In this document: piece by piece, positions 19,307 through 29,513 of the stretch
Layout of the letters: each line of letters opens with the position of its first letter
Numbering within the stretch: the stretch's first letter is position 1
Origin: Bacillota bacterium
GTDB lineage: Bacteria; Bacillota; UBA4882; JBLNCG01
Assembly (NCBI GenBank): GCA_050260475.1
Contig: JBLNCG010000061.1
Location: forward strand, 6,851 to 70,850
DNA length: 64,000 nucleotides
Reading direction: 5' to 3'
The notes under the pieces: model-generated
Databases searched by the model: none
Seen by the model: only the letters and a program-made list of their open reading frames with translations
What the model was told of the DNA's origin: nothing
Program-made: the position numbers and the translations under genes

Positions 19307-20797
19307 ATGCCTTGCCTGTTGGGATACGATATCGGCAGTTCCTCCATCAAAGCCACGCTCTTGGACGCGGAATCAGGCCTGGCGATCGCTTCCGCCGCCT
19401 CGCCCAAAACCGAGTTGGAGATAAAGGCGCTTAAGCCGGGCTGGGCGGAGCAGGATCCCGCGGTATGGTGGGAAAACTTGATAGCCGCCACTGCGGAGAT
19501 CAAGGCTGAATTCAGGACGGAGCTTCTCGCGGTGGAAGCCATCGGCATCTCCTACCAGATGCACGGCCTGGTGGCGGTGGATAAAACCCATCGCGTACTG
19601 CGGCCTTCCATCATCTGGTGCGACAGCCGCGCGGTATCATACGGGGAGAAAGCTTATACGGAGATCGGACCGGAAACCTGCCTGAAACATTTTTTAAACT
19701 CCCCGGGGAACTTCACCGCCTCCAAGCTGAAATGGGTAAAGGAAAACGAACCGGAAACCTATGCCCGGATTTATAAGATCATGCTGCCCGGCGATTATAT
19801 CGCCATGATGCTGACCGGGGAAATTAAAACCACCCCTTCCGGGCTTTCCGAGGGTATCCTCTGGGATTTCCCGGCTCAAAAACGGGCGGATTTGCTTTTG
19901 GATTATTACGGTATTTCACCGGATCTGCTGGCCGACATGGCGCCCACTTTCGCGGTGCAAGGGGAAGTCACCGCGGAGGCGGCCGGGGAATTGGGCTTGA
20001 AACCCGGCGCAAAGGTGGCATACCGTGCCGGCGACCAGCCGAACAACGCTTTTTCCTTGAATGTGCTGAACCCCGGCGAACTGGCGACAACCGCCGGCAC
20101 CAGCGGCGTGGTTTACGGCGTTGGCCGCGAAGTAAATTACGACCCTGAATCACGGGTTAATACTTTTGTACATGTCAACCACCGCAAGGAACAGCCGCGT
20201 TATGGGATTCTGATGTGTTTAAACGGCACGGGAATTCTGAACCGTTGGCTTAAGAACCTTTTGTCACAGGACGGTTCCCTGTGTTATGAGGAAATGAACC
20301 TGCAGGCCTCCGGTATTCCCATCGGCTCCGGCGGCATTGTCATTCTTCCGTACGGAAACGGCGCGGAACGCACTCTTAAAAACAAAAATATCGGCGGTCA
20401 TATCCACGGTCTGGATTTCAACATTCACGGGCGGCCCCATCTGATGCGCGCTGCTCAGGAAGGGATAGTTTTTGCCCTGAATTACGGCGTAGAGGTTATG
20501 CGGGACATGGGATTAAAAATCTGCGCCGTACGCGCCGGCCACGCCAATATGTTCTTAAGCCCCCTGTTCGGCGAAATTTTCGCCAATACCACCGGCGCCG
20601 GCATCGAGTTATACAATACCGACGGCTCCCAGGGGGCGGCCCGGGGCGCCGGGGTGGGCGCGGGGATCTACCCGGATTTCCACTCCGCCTTCGCCGGCCT
20701 GAAAACCGTAAAGACCATCGAACCGGATCCGAAACTGATCCCTGCCTACCAGGAAGCCTATGCAAGATGGCTGGCGGTCCTGGATGGAAGCCTGTAG
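19307..20797 (+). CDS. xylB: FGGY-family carbohydrate kinase, xylulokinase-like
   Basis: RBS AAAGGAG then ATG 19307. N-terminal LGYDIGSSSIKATLLD is the FGGY phosphate-1 motif. Length 496 aa. A xylose-isomerase-family gene is adjacent. Confidence 0.75.
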   Translation: MPCLLGYDIGSSSIKATLLDAESGLAIASAASPKTELEIKALKPGWAEQDPAVWWENLIAATAEIKAEFRTELLAVEAIGISYQMHGLVAVDKTHRVLRPSIIWCDSRAVSYGEKAYTEIGPETCLKHFLNSPGNFTASKLKWVKENEPETYARIYKIMLPGDYIAMMLTGEIKTTPSGLSEGILWDFPAQKRADLLLDYYGISPDLLADMAPTFAVQGEVTAEAAGELGLKPGAKVAYRAGDQPNNAFSLNVLNPGELATTAGTSGVVYGVGREVNYDPESRVNTFVHVNHRKEQPRYGILMCLNGTGILNRWLKNLLSQDGSLCYEEMNLQASGIPIGSGGIVILPYGNGAERTLKNKNIGGHIHGLDFNIHGRPHLMRAAQEGIVFALNYGVEVMRDMGLKICAVRAGHANMFLSPLFGEIFANTTGAGIELYNTDGSQGAARGAGVGAGIYPDFHSAFAGLKTVKTIEPDPKLIPAYQEAYARWLAVLDGSL

Positions 20798-20838
20798 GGG
20801 AGTTCTTACGCCTGTCCACATAGATAGGAGGAATCGCC

Positions 20839-21975
20839 ATGCCTGATCAAAAATCTCTCCACACCATTTGCCGCTGGACCTTCAACGCCGGCAAGGGCGG
20901 CTTCGTCCCGGCCGATATGCGTCCGGAATGGAGCGGTGCCAAACTGGACACGGTGGGCGTCGTCAGGCTGATCAAGGACAAGATCGCCCCCCGCCTGCCG
21001 TCCAACATTCAACTGGGTTACGAAGTGCACTACGACAGCGAAATCAACGAGCAAAACGCCGCGGAAGCCGCCGACGCCCTGCTGGACGCCAAAATGTACC
21101 TGGGCCTTATCACTCCAGGCGCACACAGCCGCTATGCGTACGGCGGAGTTGCTTCGCTGGACCCGAAAGAGCGCAAAGGATCGGAAGAACTGGCGCTTAG
21201 AACCGTAGACCTCGCCTATGGACCGTTAAAAAAGGCCTGGCACCCCGATCCCGCTTTCGCCCCCACTTATGTGCTCTGGAACGGTTCATACGGCTATGAC
21301 CTGGCATCCGTCGGCGTCAGGAAGATGTATCAAAACCTGAAAGAAAGCGTGGCCGCGCTCTGCAAATACGAGGAGAAAAAAGGCGGCGGACTTTACATCG
21401 GGATTGAACCCAAGCCGAATGAAGGGCATCCCGCCATGCTCCTGCCTACCGTGGCCTCGGCCCTTTTGTTCTTCAGAAAGCTGGAAGAGGAATTCGGCGT
21501 TTCCCGCAAGAAAAAAGGCGTTAACAAGGAATTCGGCCATTCGGAAATGATCGGGCTGGATCATGTTTACGACACCGTGGAGGAACTGGACAACAACGGC
21601 ATGGTCCACATGCATTTGAACAGCCAGGGTTACAACGACGGCGTCATCCTGGGCGGCCCGGGGAAATACGACATCGACCACGGCGCCCGCATCAACGGCA
21701 TGAATATCGCCATCGCGGGCCTGGTTCGGGAAGCAGGTTTCAACCGCTGGAAAGGCCACGATATGCAGGTCCGGGCGTACGATAATGAAGAACAGGGAAT
21801 TGACAGGATTGTCCGGAGCATCCTTTCCTGGGAAGCCTGCGCTACGGCCGCCGGAGAGCTAAATACCGAACAGTTGATGGAGCATCTGGAAAACCGTGAG
21901 ACCGCCAAAGCCGAGGATTTGATGAGGAATGCTTTAGTGGACGCCCAGAAGCGTTTCAATGAGATTTATAATTGA
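20839..21975 (+). CDS. xylA: Xylose isomerase family sugar isomerase (short class-I-like)
   Basis: IGIEPKPNEGHPAMLLPTV matches the XylA signature (L/I)EPKPNEP. GVNKEFGHSEMIGL and VHMHLNSQG match the metal-binding His/Glu blocks of class I xylose isomerases. Substrate not certain. Confidence 0.65.
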   Translation: MPDQKSLHTICRWTFNAGKGGFVPADMRPEWSGAKLDTVGVVRLIKDKIAPRLPSNIQLGYEVHYDSEINEQNAAEAADALLDAKMYLGLITPGAHSRYAYGGVASLDPKERKGSEELALRTVDLAYGPLKKAWHPDPAFAPTYVLWNGSYGYDLASVGVRKMYQNLKESVAALCKYEEKKGGGLYIGIEPKPNEGHPAMLLPTVASALLFFRKLEEEFGVSRKKKGVNKEFGHSEMIGLDHVYDTVEELDNNGMVHMHLNSQGYNDGVILGGPGKYDIDHGARINGMNIAIAGLVREAGFNRWKGHDMQVRAYDNEEQGIDRIVRSILSWEACATAAGELNTEQLMEHLENRETAKAEDLMRNALVDAQKRFNEIYN

Positions 21976-22303
21976 AATTATAACATATTTCCTAGGCAAG
22001 ATAAAAACCTCTAAAACCAGCCGCAAATTCAGACCACCTTTGGTCTCCCGCCCTGTTGTCAGAATCTACCGGATTGACATAAAATAAAATCCCTGTTATA
22101 ATGACCTCTGCGGTTGGATACGGCTCTTTTTGACAGCGAACTGGCAAATCAGATCCGTTTCGAAACGCGGAATTCCGTATCATCTCCGGTTGCATCTGGA
22201 AAATGCGGCCAGCTTTTTGGGAAATGTTTCTCCTTTAAAACCTTCTTCATGGATGAAGCAAGGCCCGGAGGAGGAATAAAAATTTTGAAAGGGGGCGACA
22301 GAT

Positions 22304-22915
22304 ATGTGGAAGAGAGTTATCATCGGGGTTTCCGTATGCCTCATGATGTGGATGGGAGCAAGCCACACTGATGCGGCGGTCTTGCACCAAATCCGCAAGG
22401 GCGAATCCCTATATAAGATAGCCGTAAAAAGCGGGACCACCGTTAAAGAACTTAAACAGGCCAATGGTTTGCAAAGCAATACCATTATTGCCGGTAAGAA
22501 ACTGACGATTCCCACGGAGTCCAAAAGCGCGCATTCCGGGGCTGCAAATGTCACCCGGGACAGCCGTACCATGGAACTGCTGGCCAGATTGATCCACGCC
22601 GAAGCGGGCGCTGAGTCATATAAGGGAAAGGTAGCCGTTGGCGCGGTAATCATTAATCGCTGCAACGACGGAAGATTCCCTCGCACCATCGCCGGCAATA
22701 TATTCAAGCCGCACGAATTTGAATCGGTTTCTAACGGTTATATCTGGACACAGCCAACCGCAGATTGCTACAAGGCTGCCAAAGCCGCCTTGAACGGATG
22801 GGATCCGACCAACGGGGCGAAGTTCTTCTTCAATCCCGCCAAAGTGAGCGGCGGATCCTGGATGTGGACCCGCACCATCATCCAGCGCATCGGAAACCAT
22901 GTTTTTGCGGTGTAA
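22304..22915 (+). CDS. Spore cortex-lytic/cell wall hydrolase (SleB/CwlJ-type Hydrolase_2) with N-terminal LysM domain and signal peptide
   Basis: LysM segment is HQIRKGESLYKIAVKSGTTVKELKQANGL. Hydrolase_2 segment is LLARLIHAEAGAESYKGKVAVGAVIINRCNDGRFP...FFNPA. Confidence 0.75.
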   Translation: MWKRVIIGVSVCLMMWMGASHTDAAVLHQIRKGESLYKIAVKSGTTVKELKQANGLQSNTIIAGKKLTIPTESKSAHSGAANVTRDSRTMELLARLIHAEAGAESYKGKVAVGAVIINRCNDGRFPRTIAGNIFKPHEFESVSNGYIWTQPTADCYKAAKAALNGWDPTNGAKFFFNPAKVSGGSWMWTRTIIQRIGNHVFAV

Positions 22916-22945
22916 GCACAAATAACGGAATTTAAACACAAAAGG

Positions 22946-22991
22946 CACAAAGGCGCAGCGGCATTTCCCGTGGTGTCTTTGTGTCTTTTTT
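22946..22991 (+). terminator. Terminator-like hairpin (CACAAAG...CTTTGTG) followed by TCTTTTTT
   Basis: Inverted repeat followed by a T-run between two convergent genes. Confidence 0.4.
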
Positions 22992-23009
22992 AACGTTCCA
23001 TTATAAACT

Positions 23010-24002
23010 TTACCTCCATGCGGAAGGCCATAAAATCATCTCCTTATAACCCGCCTCAAATCCCAATTCCTCCAATACCCCCACCGCCGGAGCGGACAGC
23101 ACGGGCAGGCCGATGACGTGCCCGGCGCGGCCTATCCTTTGCAGCCCGCGGGAAATTTCCTTGGGCGATTCGATCTGCACCACCAGGTCGACAGAGCCGA
23201 TATCGATCCCCAATTCCAGGGACGCCGTAGCCACAATACATGGAATCCTGCCCGTTTTTAACATTACCTCCGCTTCCAGACGCACTTCCTTGGAAACGCT
23301 GCCATGATGAGTACGGGCGATCTCCCTGCCTGCCAGCTCATTGATTTCCGCCGTGATCGCTCCCCCGTTTATATGCTGCAGGCGCTCCAGCGAAAGAGAA
23401 AGATGAGCCCCTCTCTTGGTCGGGAGCATTGTATGTATCTCATCCACGATCACGAAACGCACTGTTTTTAAAATCCGCCGCGCCTGGGAGGAAAGGAGCA
23501 GAAAAAGCGATTCAGGCGTTGTGATCAAGATATGCGGGGGTATATGCGACATCCGCCGGCGTTCGGCGGAGGGCGTATCCCCGGTGCGCACCGCTGTGCG
23601 CAACTTGGGGAATCGATCTAATCCCGTCTCGGCGGCCTGTTTTTCCATGCCCTGCAAGGGGGTTTCCAGGTTAAGGCGGATATCGTTGTTTAAGGCTTTG
23701 AGCGGGGATATATAAAGCACGCTCACCCCTTCATCGATATTCATCCCGTTTTCCGCCGCCTTATAAAGCCAATCCAGACAGTGCAAAAAAGCCGCCAGAG
23801 TTTTCCCGGACCCCGTGGGAGCAAGGATAAGCGCATTTCTGCCGGCGGCAATCACCGGCCACCCTTTTTCCTGGGGCGGCGTCGGAGCGCCGTAGGTTTT
23901 TGCAAACCAGGCCGCTGCAACAGGATGGAAAGATGACAGGGCCGGATGGGACAATTTCAACACCTCGAAATTTTGTTTTATTTTTGGTATAATCGGTCGC
24001 AT
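23010..24002 (-). pseudogene. Truncated, internally deleted remnant of an Lhr-like superfamily-2 DEAD/DEAH helicase
   Basis: Motif [14 protein letters not shown], motif [12 protein letters not shown] and LSLSLERLQ are followed after only ~17 aa by the domain-2 blocks [38 protein letters not shown] and QRIGRAGH. Motif III and about half of RecA domain 2 are missing, and the ORF stops right after motif VI whereas Lhr proteins continue for >1000 aa. Confidence 0.5.
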
Positions 24003-25140
24003 GAAAACTTATCCTAACATCGGTGAAAAAAATTTGAACGTAGCCATCATGGGAGCCGGCCTTTCCGGTTTGACTTGCGCCCTTGTTCTGGAAAAAAACG
24101 GCATCCGTCCGACGATTTTTGAAAAGCGCAATTGCGTGGGGGATCGTTTTGTAAATGGTGAAATATTTTTATCGGTGCTGAGCAGGCCTGTGGAAGATTG
24201 TATGAGCTTCCTGGCGGACGAATACGGGATCTACTTGAAACCAATCAGTAATATCAGGCGGTTCATCCTTCACTCCCAGCATGAATGCGCCCATATTCAC
24301 GGCCGTCTGGGATTCTGCGACATCAGGGGACGGCATGCCAATTCCTTTGAAAACCAGTTGGCGCAGCAAGTGAAAAGCGAGATTATCTATAACTCCACTT
24401 GTACATATGAAACCGTGCTGCAGGAGTTTTCCCACGTCGTCCTGGCTACGGGCGACGCCGCTTACGCGTCAAAAGTGCAGGATTTCCGGATCTACCTCAC
24501 CACGACCATTCAGGGGGCTACCGTCACCGGCGATTTTGATCGGTATACCATCATGGCCTGGCTGGATAACAGTCTTGCGCCAAAAGGATACGCCTATCTA
24601 ATCCCTTTCTCGGAAAAAGAAGCCAACCTGGCGCTTTTTTACCCCGATTCCCCTGCCATCGAAGCGCGGGATAAAGAAAGGTTCTGGAGTTTATTTCATA
24701 AACGGGCCTGCCGGGATCTGGGTCAGGAGCTTCCGGTGACCGACCGCTTTGAAATAAGCCGATATATCAACGGCATTTGCCGGTACCCCCGCATCGGGAA
24801 CACCTATTTTACCGGCAACTGCTTCGGCGCCGTCGCTCCGTTTCTGGGATTCGGACAGTTCGTCTCAATCCTGACGGGCATTTATGCGGCCTGTGATATT
24901 GCAGGCAAGGGTAAATATGAGGAACTGACCAAACCGCTGCGGCAAAATTATTACAATTCCCTGGTGCTGCGCAGTTTTTGGGAGCAATTGAACAACCGGC
25001 AATTCGATCTGCTGGTAAAATTCTACCGCACTTCCTTGGGCAACGGATTGTTCAACGCCGGGCGTCTCGATGTGGTAAAAATCATCAGTTGGCTGCTCAG
25101 ACCCTGGGTAAGAAGACCTGCTTACAGGATAGAACGTTAG
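24001..25140 (+). CDS. FAD/NAD(P)-binding oxidoreductase (geranylgeranyl reductase-like family)
   Basis: N-terminal dinucleotide fold [21 protein letters not shown] (GxGxxG). 379 aa. Confidence 0.55.
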   Translation: MKTYPNIGEKNLNVAIMGAGLSGLTCALVLEKNGIRPTIFEKRNCVGDRFVNGEIFLSVLSRPVEDCMSFLADEYGIYLKPISNIRRFILHSQHECAHIHGRLGFCDIRGRHANSFENQLAQQVKSEIIYNSTCTYETVLQEFSHVVLATGDAAYASKVQDFRIYLTTTIQGATVTGDFDRYTIMAWLDNSLAPKGYAYLIPFSEKEANLALFYPDSPAIEARDKERFWSLFHKRACRDLGQELPVTDRFEISRYINGICRYPRIGNTYFTGNCFGAVAPFLGFGQFVSILTGIYAACDIAGKGKYEELTKPLRQNYYNSLVLRSFWEQLNNRQFDLLVKFYRTSLGNGLFNAGRLDVVKIISWLLRPWVRRPAYRIER

Positions 25141-25155
25141 GGTCCTTCTTTGCAG

Positions 25156-25692
25156 TTAGAACCACCAGTAAAAGCCGAATCCCAGAACCAGTCCCGCCAG
25201 TATCACAATAGCGGGATGAATTTTTACTATCATAACCGCCGTAAGGGCTGCAATGGATACGGCATAGGCGCGCCAGTCCGGGTAGGTCTTCTTTGTCATC
25301 AATTCAAAGGCTGTCTGCAGCAGCAATACCACCACGATGGGCTTGGCCACCTTCAGCATACCCTGCAGCCGGGGATTATTCTTGAAGCGCAGCAGGACTC
25401 CGGCGATCAGAACAATGGCGATGGCAGTAGGAGCCACGGTAGCCAGCACGGCCACCACCGCCCCGGAAATCCCCGCCACATTATAACCCACATATGCGGC
25501 CATTTTCGGCGCAATGGGACCTGGCAGAGCGTTTCCGATGGCCAGGGCGTCGGCGAACTGCTCGTTGGTAAACCATCGGAAATTCTGCACCACTTCCTCC
25601 TGCATAAGGGGAATGCTTGCCGGCCCTCCACCGTAGCTTAAGATACTGGGCCGGAAAAAAGCCAAGAATAAATTCCACAATGTCATCAGCAT
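25156..25692 (-). CDS. chrA: Chromate transporter ChrA (single-domain, short form)
   Basis: SILSYGGGPASIPLMQEEVV and ALAIGNALPGPIAPKMAAYVGY are hallmark ChrA blocks. 178 aa corresponds to one half-transporter. Confidence 0.8.
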   Translation of the reverse strand: MLMTLWNLFLAFFRPSILSYGGGPASIPLMQEEVVQNFRWFTNEQFADALAIGNALPGPIAPKMAAYVGYNVAGISGAVVAVLATVAPTAIAIVLIAGVLLRFKNNPRLQGMLKVAKPIVVVLLLQTAFELMTKKTYPDWRAYAVSIAALTAVMIVKIHPAIVILAGLVLGFGFYWWF

Positions 25693-25869
25693 TTTTTGTC
25701 ACCATCCCATCGGGGCAATTAGTAAGTTTATATAACTCTATTTTAGCATACCTTTGTTTAATTTCCACATAAAGGAAGGAACTTCGCGAAAACCATAGAA
25801 ATAATTATTACCAGGGGCTTGATGATCCCCCCCCTGAATGTCCAACTTCGATCACGAGGAGGTAATTCC

Positions 25870-26442
25870 ATGGATAAATATTTCTTTGTAAAATCCATTC
25901 TGAGGCATTTATCAAACGGACTCACCTTTAAGAAAATCTGCGCCTTTTTCCTCAAAATCGCGGCGGTAGTGGTCATCCTGGCGGGATTGGTAGGATGGAT
26001 CTACGCCTGGAAAGCCATCTTCACCTCGGATGTCACCGGTATAATCCCCGGCGGAATCGGAGTCCAGATTCTTGCGGTGGTATTTCTCTATATGGTTGTG
26101 CACAACCTGATGATCAGGGCCGCGGATGTTGAAAAAAACGCCGACTCCGGGTATACCGTGATGTCCATAACCTCGATAATTCTCAAACTTGTCGGGGAAA
26201 TTTACGCCTGGTTTCTTGCTTTTGCCGGAATCGCCGGGGGGCTCTTCGCATGGATCTCAGGAAAACCGCTCTCCCTTCTGTTCAATGAAACCGCGCCGTT
26301 TATCCCGGTACTGGGGGAAGCCACTTTTTTGGGCGGAGTCACCGCCATCCTGGCCGGCGCCGCTTGGGCATTTGTTTCTTTGGTAGCCTTTTATTTTCTG
26401 TCGGAATTGGTTTCAGCAGTAATACATATAGCGAAACGGTAA
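25870..26442 (+). CDS. Hypothetical polytopic membrane protein
   Basis: RBS GGAGG then ATG 25870. Four to five hydrophobic helices. Confidence 0.5.
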   Translation: MDKYFFVKSILRHLSNGLTFKKICAFFLKIAAVVVILAGLVGWIYAWKAIFTSDVTGIIPGGIGVQILAVVFLYMVVHNLMIRAADVEKNADSGYTVMSITSIILKLVGEIYAWFLAFAGIAGGLFAWISGKPLSLLFNETAPFIPVLGEATFLGGVTAILAGAAWAFVSLVAFYFLSELVSAVIHIAKR

Positions 26443-26509
26443 TTACAGGGACAGGTTTTATCCGCTTTTAAAACCTTTAACCTGTCTCTACAATTACCGG
26501 TCACATGCA

Positions 26510-28180
26510 TCATACCCTGAACATTCCGTAAGACCGCCCCTCCATGGCAATGGAAACCGTACCGGGTCCGAAGGCCAGTTCCGTACCCCATCCAGCAAGC
26601 ATCTCAGGTTCCCGTCCCATGCCGGACAGTTTCAATCTCGCCTCTGACGGGCTCCGGGACGGATTAAGCGCCACCAGGACACGCGCTCTTCCGTTGGAAC
26701 GCATATATATGAAGGGGTATTTTTTCCGTTTGGCATAAAGCGGGATAAAATCAGCGTATGCCGCCAAACCCTTTTCAAAGCGCCTGAGTCTGATAAGATG
26801 TCGGACCCGGTTCAGCAATGAACACGGGTTTTTTTCCTGCTCCTCCACGCTGGGAGCGCCGGGAGCGCTATCTACCGGAAGATACAACTTATCCGGCGGC
26901 GCCGAAGAAAAGCCGGCGTTCTTTCCCGCGGTCCACTGCATGGGCGTCCTGGCCCCGGACCGCGGGCGGTATGCGCCTTCCTTATTCGGCAGTCCGTCAA
27001 GGTGCCGCATGCCGATTTCATCGCCGTAATAAAAAAACGGCACGCCGGGCATGGTGAACAGAAAGGCGTAAATGATCTCCAGTTCCTCATGGGAACGGGC
27101 GATATTGATGCGGGACAGATCGTGATTGCCCACCGGGATGGAGATATACCCTTTGCTCCGAGTGGCGTCAAGCTGATCCAGATAACATTCCAAAAACCTG
27201 CTGATATCCCCCCGGCCTTCGGCGTCAAAATAACTTTGACCTTCGCTCAGGCCGTTCAACGCCCGCCGGGATTCCTTCCTGAAAAGATCCTGATAACTCT
27301 CCACCCAGTGCAAAAAGTCGGCATGGAACCCCGCCCGCAGGGCCGCCTTGGGCCAGGACCACTCCGAGACCAGAAACGCATCCGGGTAATCCGCTTCAAG
27401 CATGGCCCGCACTTCCCGCCAGAACTTCGCGGCTTCCCTGCCCCCCGGATCCCTGCGGATGATGGACCCGGCCATATCCACCCGGAAGCCGGATGCGCCC
27501 ATATCCAGCCAAAAGCGCAGGATGCCTTTTATTTCCTTTCGCAGCGCGAGAATGTCCGGATGATCCGTAGGCAGCTGCCATGCTTTGTCCGGATCAGGCT
27601 TCCCGAATCCGAAATTCAAGGCGGGCTGCGACCAAAAGAAATTGGTCAAAAAATTGCCGTTCCGCTCGCACCATCCATGGATGAATTTCCCTGCGAATTC
27701 GCCGCCTCCCATGTCCCAGGTATTGTCGGTCCAGATATACCAGTTGGTGTATTTGTTCCTTTCCGGTTTGCAGGATTCGCGAAACCAGGGATGATCGATG
27801 GAGGTATGCCCGGGCACGAAGTCCAGGATCACTCTTAAATCCCTTTTTTTCGCCTCCGCGAAAAGCTTTTTCATATCCTCATTGGTTCCGTATCTGGGGG
27901 CGACCCTGTAATAATCCGCCACATCATATCCGGCATCGCGGAATGGAGAGACATAACATGGATTCAGCCAGACGGCGCTCACGCCCAGGCTTTTCACGTA
28001 ATCGAGTTTCACGGTGATGCCCGGGATATCGCCGATCCCGTCCCCGTCGAAATCATAAAAAGTTTGAGGGTATATCTCATAAAACACCGCATCGTGCACC
28101 CAGGCCGGGCATTTAGGTTTCATCTGCAGCAGCCTCCCGACATTTACAAAAATCTTCTCGTATTTTTCTATCTCCGCCAT
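26510..28180 (-). CDS. Glycoside hydrolase family 13 alpha-glucosidase/oligo-1,6-glucosidase-like
   Basis: GDGIGDIPGITVKLDYVKSLGVSAVWLNPCYVSP, DFVPGHTS and GFRVDMAGSI are GH13 conserved regions I, II and flanking blocks. Confidence 0.88.
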   Translation of the reverse strand: MAEIEKYEKIFVNVGRLLQMKPKCPAWVHDAVFYEIYPQTFYDFDGDGIGDIPGITVKLDYVKSLGVSAVWLNPCYVSPFRDAGYDVADYYRVAPRYGTNEDMKKLFAEAKKRDLRVILDFVPGHTSIDHPWFRESCKPERNKYTNWYIWTDNTWDMGGGEFAGKFIHGWCERNGNFLTNFFWSQPALNFGFGKPDPDKAWQLPTDHPDILALRKEIKGILRFWLDMGASGFRVDMAGSIIRRDPGGREAAKFWREVRAMLEADYPDAFLVSEWSWPKAALRAGFHADFLHWVESYQDLFRKESRRALNGLSEGQSYFDAEGRGDISRFLECYLDQLDATRSKGYISIPVGNHDLSRINIARSHEELEIIYAFLFTMPGVPFFYYGDEIGMRHLDGLPNKEGAYRPRSGARTPMQWTAGKNAGFSSAPPDKLYLPVDSAPGAPSVEEQEKNPCSLLNRVRHLIRLRRFEKGLAAYADFIPLYAKRKKYPFIYMRSNGRARVLVALNPSRSPSEARLKLSGMGREPEMLAGWGTELAFGPGTVSIAMEGRSYGMFRV

Positions 28181-28334
28181 TCTTTTCCTGCTTATAACAG
28201 AATCATTTGATCGGAAATGAATTGTAACTGCCCAGTAGTTACGATAATAATCCGTATATATCCGGCATGACCGGGAATAAAAAAGCCGAGGAACGCTTCC
28301 CCGGCTAAAAAATATCGTCGGCCTTCAGGCGGAT

Positions 28335-29273
28335 TTAGAACATGACTTTCATCGCGAATTTCAAATTGGAATAATCGCCGAGATTATCCATGAAATATTC
28401 GCCCCAGACAATGATGTCTTCGTTCAGCATATAATTGCCGCCGACGGTCATATAATCCAAACCGGCGGGTAATCCCCCCCAATATAAATCAAGCTCTTCC
28501 GCCATGCACATGCCTGCATAAAGATTCATTTGCCGGGAAACCGCGTATGCCCCCTCAATATACATGCCGGTTACCGCGTCCTGCTTAACGCCCGCATCCG
28601 TGGGAGTATAGGATATATATTCGAAATAAGCGCTGAATGCGTCCATTCTGAAAGCCGCGTCAACCACCATATGAAAATTGGAATCCTCGGCCCCCCCATT
28701 CCGCGTATCCTGGGCGATCCCCAGGCCGACGATGAAATTCTGATTAAGCGCAAATTCCCCCCGCAGCGTAAAATCAAGATATTCGTCCCCGTTTTCGAAC
28801 TCCATGTTGGCTGCATTGGTGACGGAGCCGATGGCCGTCAACAGGCCCAGGTTGACACGGTATTTTGCTCCGGCGGCGTTAAAACCGAACATTTCGCACA
28901 TCTGATCCCCTAAACTGCCCCCAAGAGTCATGCTCCTGCCCGCGTGCCAGGTAAGCGGAAAATAGCCCAGATCCAGCTCATCCTGAGCGAAGATGTTTTT
29001 CTGATAGTAATAGGCTTGCCATAGCAGATTGTTCTGGTGGGACATAAACCGGATTTCGCTTTTAAAACCGTTGTTCTGGCCGAAGTCCGCATCCGTTATG
29101 AGGGCAAGCCTGTTTACGGTGAAGGAACGGATGCTGTTGCCCGGCCCATCCTCACCCAGGATCAATGTTCCCAGAAAATACCCTCCCATCTTTACGTTGA
29201 TCGCGGCCGGGGAGACGGCCGCCAACCCGAACAGCATGGATAAAGCCAATGCCAAAACCAGAATCTTTTTCAA
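28335..29273 (-). CDS. Putative outer-membrane beta-barrel (porin-like) protein
   Basis: Signal peptide MKKILVLALALSMLFGLAAVSPAA. The mature part shows alternating hydrophobic/polar beta-strand periodicity with aromatic girdles (YFEYISYTP, GMYIEGAYAVS, YMTVGGNYMLN, IIVWGEYFMDN) and ends in a C-terminal Phe (LKFAMKVMF). Confidence 0.5.
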   Translation of the reverse strand: MKKILVLALALSMLFGLAAVSPAAINVKMGGYFLGTLILGEDGPGNSIRSFTVNRLALITDADFGQNNGFKSEIRFMSHQNNLLWQAYYYQKNIFAQDELDLGYFPLTWHAGRSMTLGGSLGDQMCEMFGFNAAGAKYRVNLGLLTAIGSVTNAANMEFENGDEYLDFTLRGEFALNQNFIVGLGIAQDTRNGGAEDSNFHMVVDAAFRMDAFSAYFEYISYTPTDAGVKQDAVTGMYIEGAYAVSRQMNLYAGMCMAEELDLYWGGLPAGLDYMTVGGNYMLNEDIIVWGEYFMDNLGDYSNLKFAMKVMF

Positions 29274-29513
29274 TTATGTATGTACCTCCTTTTAGATTTT
29301 CAATAACTTATTAATACGCCGCACCGCCAGGGAATCCTGCGATAAAAAACGGTTTGAGGCACTTTTACTGCTGGTAAGTGAACGCTTTTGCATATATCGG
29401 CAGATGCCCGGCATTTTTTTAGCGGCAATGGCTCAATCCCGCAAAAAAACACCAGCCATAAGCATCGGCAAGTTATCTGCCTCCCCCGTCAACAAATCCG
29501 CCCTGCAAGCCGA

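Noticed and set aside
25156-25692. Missing second ChrA half-transporter
   Set aside because: Short ChrA genes usually occur as adjacent pairs. Only one is present, and the neighbours are unrelated. No remnant of a second half was detectable, so this was not promoted to a finding.
27002-27838. 278-aa + strand ORF opposite the GH13 gene
   Set aside because: Antisense to conserved GH13 catalytic regions and compositionally biased.
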